In this document: positions 51,900 through 61,857 of the stretch, in pieces
Layout of the letters: each line of letters begins with the position of its first letter
Position numbering within the stretch: position 1 is the stretch's first letter
Assembly: GCA_051453625.1 (NCBI GenBank)
Contig: JBOZIK010000001.1
Span: forward strand, 16,166,988 to 16,230,987
Direction: 5' to 3'
DNA from: Welwitschia mirabilis
Taxonomy: Eukaryota
DNA: 64,000 nucleotides
Program-made: the position numbers and the translations under genes
The notes under the pieces: generated by a model
Seen by the model: the letters and a program-made list of their open reading frames with translations, nothing else
Database searches by the model: none
Told to the model about the DNA's origin: nothing

Positions 51900-54800
51900 A
51901 TATTGGTGTTTATAACATCTTTCATTTTATCATAGTATTTCCAAAATTTTATCATAATATATAACATTTTCAAACTCATTGATTTACTTTTTTATCAATA
52001 TATGTTATGCTTAATGTAAAATTATAGAGTGTACTTCATGTTGTGGTCATCTTTAAATCTTATGAACAACCATATTTCATTCCTAGGAGGCTAATCTATT
52101 TAAAATATTAATTATCTTATTTTTTAAAATCACTTTTGATTTAATCCTTAGTTAAATCTTATTTCCCATAACCTAAATCTTTGCAAGGTATAAAATATTT
52201 TTCAAATTCCTTAGGGAGAATGACAACTATGGTTAGAATATCCTAGATTTACAAATTTTAGACAATTACATATATCTCAACTGCTAGTGTATGATCATAA
52301 AAAATTATAACTTATTAAAAAATCAATATGTAGTACTTACTAGCATCACATTCCAACTTAAAAGTTTTCTCTAAGCCTATTATTATAAGAATGGATTCCT
52401 TAATGATGCTAAAATTAGAACACATATCCACTAGAATGCTTTCCCTTCTTGATGATGCTAAAATTAGAACACATATCCTTAATAAAACTTAAACAAATAT
52501 TCTATGGAAGCTTGTTAATCATGAAGATTTTAACTCGATTTACATTTTATGAAACAGGCCATTCTTTAATGGTTGTAACTTTTTAGGTTTGTTCTTGCAT
52601 CTTTCTTAAAAATTATGGTGCTAAAAAAAAGTACTAATTCTTTTCTCATAAATTTGAGTTTTTTGTAAATTTTAAAAAATCTACTATGCATTCTTTTTAA
52701 GTATTCCAAGTTTTTTCTTTGTTACTACTATATACCCAAATGTTATTAAGATAAACTACTCTAGATTTTCTAAGAAAATATCATAGTACCTCTATTACCA
52801 TTTTTATGAGAGTGGTAAGAGAATTTTTTAATTAAAATAACATAATCACTCATTCATAAGAGTCCATTATGTATTTTAAAGATAGTCTTCCATTCATCTC
52901 CCTCTCTTATGTGAACTTGATAGTATTCACTCTTTACATCAATCTAGTTGAACTAATAAGATGATATTAAATGATCCAAGATATCATCCATTATTATCAT
53001 TAAATACTAGTACATATTAATGATTTTGTTAGTGGCTCAAATCCATACAGATTATCATATCTTAATTGTATTTTCTTGCTGTTAGAAAGATAGGTATAGT
53101 ACATGGAGATAAGATTTCATGTACGAGTTCTTTTCACAATAGTTTTTAAATATATAATTTATTACCTCCTTTCTTAATATCATCTAGTAGATATCGTTGT
53201 TGGGATATAAATCTTCTAAATTATGATGTAGCTAGTGTGCTATGGATCTATTAGGAGATAATGTAAAAGGAAGTATTGTAAAAATGTATGCAAATTATTT
53301 TTTCAAATTCTTAAAATTACAAAGTCTATTACTGCATAACATGTGTTCTTTTTGATGTTGGTCTTATCAACACTATGAGTGTATATGCTTCTTCATTTAC
53401 TTCAAAAAAAAAAACTTATTTCCAATTAGATAGTAAATTTTTAAGAGTGTCTATTTTCTTCCTCTCATAATGATTCCAACCTAAAATATTTGTTAGTTTT
53501 TTATGATAGAATAAATGTTTTAAACTTTATCATCTTTACTTTATAGATCAAATTACCAAGATCTTCCATGAAAAATATGACATGAATTAATGATGACTAT
53601 ATTGAATAACACATGCTCATTATAATTATCCACATTAAAACTTGTCAAACTTATTGCTTCACTACTACATGATGATATTTTTGAAATTATGATACTTTAT
53701 TTGGTTTATGATGTATCTTTACTTTCAACTGTTTTTTGCACAATTTTTGTGGAAATAAGATTATCAAAAATTCTAATAACTATAATGACTTTGTAGATTT
53801 TGTCTTTACACTTGCATCATATTTTTATAAGTGTATTCCTTTGGAATGATGTTTCTTTGGTCCTTCTCCTTAAATTAAAATACTTTTCACTAATAAGTTG
53901 CTATCCTTTTTTTTATTTGCACTTTATTTATGTNNNNNNNNNNNNNNNNNNNNNNNNNNNNNNNNNNNNNNNNNNNNNNNNNNNNNNNNNNNNNNNNNNN
54001 NNNNNNNNNNNNNNNNNNNNNNNNNNNNNNNNNNNNNNNNNNNNNNNNNNNNNNNNNNNNNNNNNNNNNNNNNNNNNNNNNNNNNNNNNTGAGAAATAAG
54101 ATTCTTATTACACTATTTAATTTTTTTCTTTGTTGTTTTGATTAATCTCTTCTAAATCTACATCTTCCATATTTTGTTCTTCTTTTTTTTTGCTTTCTTA
54201 ATTTATTTCCACTTCTCTTCTACTATTGAAAAATAAAGTGTGCTCCTTCAAAATTCTAGAAGTGTACATAGTAATTTCCATTATGTATAACATTGATAGA
54301 ACATTAGAGAAATGATTCCATAGGTGTTCCTTAATATTTTATCTTCTTAGTTTAAAGTGTGCATCCTTCTAATTTCATTAATCCTATATGCTAAAACCAA
54401 AAACTTATCCTTCATCTTTCTCTCATGTGTTTCTATTGTAATGGTTTCAATCTTGTTTTTAAATGAACTTATTGATCTCTTTCCCCCTAAATGGATACTA
54501 CTTATTTTAGTTTTTCCTTTGGAAATAAAAGTTTATTTGTCTTCTCCACATTCTCTTTATCAAAATGGCTTTGTACATAGATAATCTAATCCAAGAGCAT
54601 TTTGTGTTCCACACTCTCATCATAAGATGATACTTTCATGGTTTGACTCTTCCTAAGGATTTTGCCATTTATTCTTATATTGTTTAAAATGTTTCAAGGA
54701 ATCTTCATATAAGATTTATGTTTTCTTCTTTTCCTTACCATTTTTGTTCTTTTTGGTTTCCCCCAATTTTTGGGATTTTTAGGTATCTCTAGACTCTCGC

Positions 54801-55030
54801 GAACATTCGTTTTTCTTGCCATATTCTTCATTAATGCCAATATGACCTTAATCTTTCATCATTGTGTTCTCATTCTCTTATTTAAATTAATTATAATGAT
54901 CCTCTTGGATGTCATCTTTAAGTTCTCATAGCTTCCACTTATGGTCTTTCCTTACAATCTACAAAACTACCACAAATTCTTATATTGATAATCTTCTTTG
55001 ACATCTTTTTAATAATTTAAGAACTCTAAC
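51900..55030 (-). pseudogene. Decayed CRM/chromovirus-type gag-protease-RT-RNase H, copy B
   Basis: Minus strand: EILSPCTIPIFL, ATNKII, IDVKSEYYQVHIREGDEWKTIFKIHNGL (~52860-52945), VVYLNNIWVYSS; faint RNase H ILPKEFEK...CKDLGYG (~52165-52225). Weaker homology may extend toward ~50 kb. Confidence 0.85.
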
Positions 55031-55424
55031 CTTAGCTCTAATATTAATCTAATGTAGAGAAACTAAAAATAATAGAGAATGAGACAACTAAGAAAGTAAA
55101 GAGGAAATAGATTTGAAAAAAAAATGATTTTCAACCAAGGAAGAGGAATTGAATTTATTTTATTTACTAAATGTACAATTTCCATCTTTTAATTATAAGT
55201 TTGTGATATGCTAAATGTTTTTTCATATTAAATTTCATGACTAGAAATGTTTTTTTCAAAACGAAGGTAATTGGACCATTTCTTAGATAATTATTATGAA
55301 TAAATTATGGATTAAAAAGGGGAAAATACTTTTTGGTCTTTTTGTTATTCTTTAAAAGTTTTTATCCTCTTTGAAATTTTGGTCTAAAAGTTTTTATTTA
55401 ACACTCACCTTTCATTCTTCCTTA

Positions 55425-55863
55425 TCACATAGTTGGTACTCCATCCAATCCAAAATGCTAAGGCACTTTGGTGTTTGGGTATCTTGCTTATATTTTTCAC
55501 TTCCATTCTTGTCCTAACCCATATGGGATTATTCTCCATCACTTGTTATCACCTATGATTGAATCCTTTGTTATGTTTTGTGACTCTCTATGGTTGCTCA
55601 TGTATTAATCACCCTACCTTAAAATTAAGCTCACTCTCGAGCTCCACATTGCCAATGATCTATCGGCTCTGATATCATTTAGAGTAGTTGGTATCCCATC
55701 CAATTAGAAATGCCAAAACAGTTTGGTGGGAGAGTACCTGTGCTTATATTTTTCAATTCCATTCTTATTCTAACTCATGTGAGATTTTTCTCCATCACAT
55801 GCTATCACCTATGAATCAAGGCTTTATCGCCTCATGTAACTCTCTGTGGGTGCTTTTGCGTTA
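55425..55863 (-). mobile_element. TRIM (terminal-repeat retrotransposon in miniature), complete
   Basis: Two ~183-bp direct repeats (55425-55607, 55680-55863) flank a ~72-bp interior with PPT complement ATCACCCTACC and PBS complement GGCTCTGATATCA (55665-55677). Perfect TSD CCTTA at 55420-55424 and 55864-55868. Confidence 0.9.
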
Positions 55864-55910
55864 CCTTAACATTAAAGATGTTAAAGTTTACATAGTGTAG
55901 AACCTAAACC

Positions 55911-56786
55911 TGATGCAGCCAGTACCCCATCCAAACCAAAATGCCAAGGCACTTTAGTGGTAAGGCACTCCTGCTTTTATTTAACACTCGCTTTCTTTCC
56001 CCAACCCATGTGGGATTATTNNNNNNNNNNNNNNNNNNNNNNNNNNNNNNNNNNNNNNNNNNNNNNNNNNNNNNNNNNNNNNNNNNNNNNNNNNNNNNNN
56101 NNNNNNNNNNNNNNNNNNNNNNNNNNNNNNNNNNNNNNNNNNNNNNNNNNNNNNNNNNNNNNNNNNNNNNNNNNNNNNNNNNNNNNNNNNNNNNNNNNNN
56201 NNNNNNNNNNNNNNNNNNNNNNNNNNNNNNNNNNNNNNNNNNNNNNNNNNNNNNNNNNNNNNNNNNNNNNNNNNNNNNNNNNNNNNNNNNNNNNNNNNNN
56301 NNNNNNNNNNNNNNNNNNNNNNNNNNNNNNNNNNNNNNNNNNNNNNNNNNNNNNNNNNNNNNNNNNNNNNNNNNNNNNNNNNNNNNNNNNNNNNNNNNNN
56401 NNNNNNNNNNNNNNNNNNNNNNNNNNNNNNNNNNNNNNNNNNNNNNNNNNNNNNNNNNNNNNNNNNNNNNNNNNNNNNNNNNNNNNNNNNNNNNNNNNNN
56501 NNNNNNNNNNNNNNNNNNNNNNNNNNNNNNNNNNNNNNNNNNNNNNNNNNNNNNNNNNNNNNNNNNNNNNNNNNNNNNNNNNNNNNNNNNNNNNNNNNNN
56601 NNNNNNNNNNNNNNNNNNNNNNNNNNNNNNNNNNNNNNNNNNNNNNNNNNNNNNNNNNNNNNNNNNNNNNNNNNNNNNNNNNNNTTCTTTCCCCAACCCA
56701 TGTGGGATTATTCACCAATACTTTTGCCATCTCCTATGGCTTAATACTTTGTCGCCTCCTGTGACTGTGTGGGTGCTCCTGCATCA
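55911..56786 (-). mobile_element. Younger insertion of the same TRIM family (solo LTR or full element hidden in gap)
   Basis: Perfect termini TGATGCAG...CTGCATCA; perfect TSD AAACC (55906-55910, 56787-56791); homologous to the TRIM LTRs; interior is an N gap. Confidence 0.88.
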
Positions 56787-57399
56787 AAACCCAAGACATT
56801 GAAACTCACAACTTCTAATTTAAATTAACTATGTTGTGTCTCTCTTTCAAAAAGGGGGAAAAAGGGTCGTATACTCAAGAAAACACTAATAATTATTTCT
56901 AACTAAATTTTATAAAGTTCTACTAAAAGATTTTCTTTAGTTTATGTTGTTTTTGAGAACTAATACTCTTCTTGATAAATGATCATAGCTTTTCATTTTT
57001 CCAAATTTATTTTTGTAGTTTTAAGTTTTGCAAATACATAATACTCAAGGTGGACTTTTTAAAGTTCTGTCAAATGAAATTTTTTACTAAGAAGCTTGCA
57101 GTTTATAAACGTACAAATAAAAATAAGTAAACTATTTCATTTAGAAAGATAAATTGAAATTCTTTCCTTAGAAACCCATTAGAGTTCATGAACCAGTTAG
57201 TGGTCTTTAACCTTCAATAAAAATATGACACTTTAAATATTAAAAATTTTTCCACTAATACTTAGTTATGTATATAAATAAGCATATATACAGTCAAAAA
57301 TGTAAACAGACAGTTAAAATAAAAAATAAAATAAAAACTAATAAGAAAAAGGGGAAATATCAAACAAATAATCGTTGCACTGATTTTTTATGTGCTGAG

Positions 57400-58900
57400 T
57401 AAACCTGTACCACCAAGCTATCCACACGAATATCTCATCCGAAAGTCTCGTTCACAGAAGTTTCGATTGCAACAACTCACCTGCAAAATTATAGTATTTT
57501 CCACCACACTTTTGTAGGAAATCTTATCGCAGCTTTCAAGCTTAGCAATTTGCTTATTCAAATGAAAATCTATGAATCACTGTAATTCACTCCATTTCAT
57601 GTGACACAAGCTGTAGAGAAAGCAGCATGAGTTGCAGGTTGTGATAAAAGGAAGAATGCAAGAAGATCAAACAGATCTGAACTGGAGTCACTACTTCTCC
57701 CTCCGTTGCTGGTATGATCTTCCTCGAGATCGCTCTTCTTAGTTATTTTACTTGTTCTTTTGAAGGACACAAAGGAAAGAGGTGCAGCAGCTATGACAAT
57801 AGCGTAGGATTGAGCTTCAGCTTCCGCGTCCTTGAAAGACTGAAGATCGAAAAGCTCTGAATGGGAATCCCTATCTCTCTGCATTTCCATCATGTTCTTT
57901 CATGTTATTCTGCACATAAGTTTTATCACGCGCTACTTCTGTACATCTAGGATTTTCAGAAGGCACATTATTGCACGCGATTTTCGAAACGCGAGTTCTG
58001 CTGTTGTTCCTGCGCTTCGATTCCTCAAGCTAAACAAAGAAGCTACGAATCCTGCCATAGGTCTACACTGAAAACCCATTCTTTGCGTCCGTTTTCTTCA
58101 TTTCCTTTCTCTCGTCTGGATTTATTTGATCAGCGGCGCTCGGAAGAAACGAAGCGGAAGAGCAGGAGCAACTTCGCCGTGTCAGCCAACACAGACAAGA
58201 AGAAACACTCGCAAGAGAAGCAAAAATTCACTTACAATTCTCATTCTTTAAATCTGCGATTTCTGTCATCATTCTTTAAATCCAGATTCAAAGATTTCCA
58301 GGATTCTGAAATAATAATTCGCATTATGAAGTGTAAAATGGAGATGCGGACTGTGGATTACGTAAGAAGATTGTGGATCGAAGCGCGAAAGGAAAAGGAC
58401 GGACGAGAAAGAGAAGAAAGAATCACTGTATCTTCTGCAAGAACTTCCAACCGCAAAAGTTCACGATTTTCTGTCTTACTTTTGTCATTTCAGAGTGCTC
58501 TGGTTTCATCTTGCGTACGACGAGTGAAGTGGAGACGCCGCAGGAGTGGTGGTCCATTGTCCATGCTCTGCAAAGGGAAAAAACCCTGTTTTGACAGGCA
58601 TTGCAGTAAAAAGTGTCGCCAAGTGCTTTGGTTATGTCTTCGCATGTGAATGGCAAATTGCAGCACATGAAACTTTTGGCTGGTCGACACGGTCGCTACC
58701 TATGCGATCCGTACCATGTCACGTTTGTAAGTAGAAGGTTTGAAAGTATTCCGTTATGTTTGTAATTGCTGAGTTTTCAAAGCTTGTTATGTTTGTAAGT
58801 CTTAGTTTAATTTGTACGAATCATAATCATAGTCTAGGTACTGGACATTTGGTGGCTCGATTTATCTGCACCAGAATATTCAAGAGGGAGTTTCGCAGTT
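57400..58900 (-). promoter_or_regulatory. CpG-retaining island; likely promoter/5' region of the candidate gene
   Basis: Abundant CG dinucleotides versus near absence elsewhere. CT-rich leader on minus at ~58380-58420. Candidate intron 58068-58235 (GTAAGT donor, TTTTCAG acceptor on minus). Confidence 0.5.
57597..57893 (-). CDS. Candidate small host protein or pseudogene with SELFDL / SDSSSDLFDL motifs
   Basis: 98-aa ORF in the only CpG-retaining island. SDSSSDLFDL resembles the SD(S/A)SSDLFE(L/I) motif of BIG GRAIN1-like and PKS-family plant proteins. An in-frame upstream ATG at 58058 is separated from it by stops. Confidence 0.45.
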   Translation of the reverse strand: MMEMQRDRDSHSELFDLQSFKDAEAEAQSYAIVIAAAPLSFVSFKRTSKITKKSDLEEDHTSNGGRSSDSSSDLFDLLAFFLLSQPATHAAFSTACVT

Positions 58901-59996
58901 TAGTGTAAGTAATATACATCTACGCTTTCTTGTACCATATTGCATAACAAATAAGAGAAATAAGTGCAATACAATTTCTTGTAAACTCATTTATCAAAAT
59001 AGCAAANNNNNNNNNNNNNNNNNNNNNNNNNNNNNNNNNNNNNNNNNNNNNNNNNNNNNNNNNNNNNNNNNNNNNNNNNNNNNNNNNNNNNNNNNNNNNN
59101 NNNNNNNNNNNNNNNNNNNNNNNNNNNNNNNNNNNNNNNNNNNNNNNNNNNNNNNNNNNNNNNNNNNNNNNNNNNNNNNNNNNNNNNNNNNNNNNNNNNN
59201 NNNNNNNNNNNNNNNNNNNNNNNNNNNNNNNNNNNNNNNNNNNNNNNNNNNNNNNNNNNNNNNNNNNNNNNNNNNNNNNNNNNNNNNNNNNNNNNNNNNN
59301 NNNNNNNNNNNNNNNNNNNNNNNNNNNNNNNNNNNNNNNNNNNNNNNNNNNNNNNNNNNNNNNNNNNNNNNNNNNNNNNNNNNNNNNNNNNNNNNNNNNN
59401 NNNNNNNNNNNNNNNNNNNNNNNNNNNNNNNNNNNNNNNNNNNNNNNNNNNNNNNNNNNNNNNNNNNNNNNNNNNNNNNNNNNNNNNNNNNNNNNNNNNN
59501 NNNNNNNNNNNNNNNNNNNNNNNNNNNNNNNNNNNNNNNNNNNNNNNNNNNNNNNNNNNNNNNNNNNNNNNNNNNNNNNNNNNNNNNNNNNNNNNNNNNN
59601 NNNNNNNNNNNNNNNNNNNNNNNNNNNNNNNNNNNNNNNNNNNNNNNNNNNNNNNNNNNNNNNNNNNNNNNNNNNNNNNNNNNNNNNNNNNNNNNNNNNN
59701 NNNNNNNNNNNNNNNNNNNNNNNNNNNNNNNNNNNNNNNNNNNNNNNNNNNNNNNNNNNNNNNNNNNNNNNNNNNNNNNNNNNNNNNNNNNNNNNNNNNN
59801 NNNNNNNNNNNNNNNNNNNNNNNNNNNNNNNNNNNNNNNNNNNNNNNNNNNNNNNNNNNNNNNNNNNNNNNNNNNNNNNNNNNNNNNNNNNNNNNNNNNN
59901 NNNNNNNNNNNNNNNNNNNNNNNNNNNNNNNNNNNNNNNNNNNNNNNNNNNNNNNNNNNNNNNNNNNNACATTAATTAACTTCCCTTAAACACCAA

Positions 59997-60026
59997 TATC
60001 TATCTATCTATCTATCTATGTAGACA

Positions 60027-60076
<50 letters not shown>
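59997..60076. repeat. Compound microsatellite (TATC)n + (CA)n
   Basis: Direct reading. Confidence 0.95.
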
Positions 60077-60077
<1 letters not shown>

Positions 60078-61511
60078 TCAAAATTAGAGTTATGTCTCAC
60101 ATGTAACTTAACTGGTGGTTCAGGCATCTTTGAGATGATGAATTTAGCAATGTACATGCTAAAACACATTATAAATTAAGGAAGAATATGCACTTCATAT
60201 TGTACATTGTGTTTTAAAGGGTATAATATAAGCATAGAAGTAAGATGGAGAATAATAAGATGAAATACAAAAATGAAACTATGATGCCATTAATTAACTT
60301 GAAGAATGTTGTTGTTGCGATTTGTGGTAATCTTTCTAGTGACTTGAAATAATGACTTAAACAAATTTTTTTAATCCAATAAATATGATCTTTCTAGATC
60401 TTAGGTTAAAAAGATATTGAAATAAATATTTAAATTTAATTCTGAAAATGAAATGCTTGCTACTTTTAGAAAACCATAATTAAAAAGAAAGTGATTTTAT
60501 AAAAAACTATAATAAAATAATTCTAAAATGTCTTGAAATTAATAGGGGAAAAAACACAGAAAATGATAACCCATTTAGAGAAATAGAAAAATTCCCTTTC
60601 TAGATGGATTACAAATGAAGAAAATAGAATTGGAAAGTTTTGTAGATTGAACTATCACAATAGAATAAAATGATGTTTTTAAAGCAGTAAATAACATTTT
60701 CTGCTAGGTAAAATTCTAAGATAGAATGATTAATGTGTAAAATATACTTAGAATGATTTAAAGACAAACTTTAATGACTTTAAAAGATGACTTAAAACTT
60801 TCAAACTAATTTAGACATTTTTCTAAGGAGAGAGAATGATAAATGAAGTAAAGAATTTAGAAATAGACAAATCATAAAATTTACTTATCATCTCAAAAAA
60901 AGTAATATAGAAATCCCCTTTTTAGATAAATTAAAAATAATAGAAATAAAACTAAACAGTTATGTAGATGGAAAATGACAGTTTAGTAAACAAGACAAAA
61001 CAATTTTGCAAACAAAACAGGATAGTTTAACAAAGAGAGTTTTCAGAATGAGGAGACAATGCTTTCAAAGTTTTAAATAGCATTTTCAAGTAATCAAATT
61101 TTTGAAATGAAATAAAAAATATATAGAATGCACTTAGAGTAAAATATAACTTACCAGTTTTAGTCTAAGTTAAGCCCTTTAAGAAGTAGAAGTAGGAGAA
61201 ATCCTTAACTCTTAGCCTGATGACAATGGATGCATTTGGTTCTTCACCAGAAAGCTCCTTCTAATGATTAGATTATTGAATCTCCTCATTTTTTTTTTAT
61301 TTTTTTCCCTAGCTCTTGGAATCGATTTATGTTAAGGAGAGGTAAGTAAGAGGTTAAGAGAATGATGGTACGTGGGAAAATTTATTAGAATTCATTTTAG
61401 AGAAAATAGTAATAGGTGAAAGATATGTGGATTAGAGTTAGAAGTTAATTTGGACTTTTCCTCTTATTTTTGAAGATAGTCATTGAAACTATTCTGAAGT
61501 TAAAGTTCTGG

Positions 61512-61610
61512 AGATAGACTTCTAAATACAAACTTCTAAAAATAGACTTCTATACATAGACTTCTAAAAATAGATTTTTGGATATAGATTTCTAAATATA
61601 GATTTCTAAA
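61512..61610. repeat. ~15-bp minisatellite (ATAGACTTCTAAAxx), about 7 degenerate copies
   Basis: Repeated ATAGA(C/T)TTCTAAA units read directly. Confidence 0.85.
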
Positions 61611-61804
61611 TCATAACTTATTTTGATGTTTGATGAATTTTTCATCATAATTTATTCCCTTTTTTAAAGCAAAGCATTACTAAGTGCTTTGTGATAAATG
61701 TTTTCTGTAATTTAATGAAGAACTTGAGAATGATAATACTAGATAAAGAACTAGAACTTCTTGATTGCCCTTATGATTTATTTCTAATAATGCCTTGATC
61801 AGAT

Positions 61805-61857
61805 TTCTTCTTCTTCTTCTTCTTCTTCTTCTTCTTCTTCTTCTTCTTCTTCTTCTT
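61805..61857. repeat. (TTC)n microsatellite
   Basis: Direct reading. Confidence 0.95.

Larger units (their letters stand above)
55050..56835 (-). repeat. Putative 5' LTR of composite copy B, interrupted by two TRIM insertions
   Basis: TAATGTAG start after the PBS-like GCTCTAATATTA. Removing 55425-55863 and 55911-56786 restores colinearity with 14072-14545. Confidence 0.55.

Noticed and set aside
51218-52478. 17-bp tandem (TAGAAGAAATGGATTC) at ~51218-51260 and 26-bp direct repeat at 52403/52453
   Set aside because: Ordinary slippage or repair duplications in decayed TE DNA; not a CRISPR-like array (no unique spacers, eukaryotic context).
55425-56786. Retrozyme (hammerhead) or Cassandra (5S-bearing) identity for the TRIM
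   Set aside because: No CTGANGA...GAAA hammerhead core on either strand of the best-preserved LTR, and no recognisable 5S rRNA segment.
58083-58649. 188-aa plus-strand ORF and overlapping short ORFs
   Set aside because: Arg/Ser/Lys-rich, non-ATG start and no recognisable motif; better explained as the antisense of a GC-richer promoter/UTR. Not excluded without expression data.
57400-58900. MIRNA precursor in the CpG island
   Set aside because: No conserved plant miRNA sequence or long hairpin was recognised; a folding scan would be needed.
1176-59972. Long ORFs in the track made mostly of X (1176-2111, 41194-42108, 55904-56802, 58920-59972 etc.)
   Set aside because: They are artefacts of translating N gaps.
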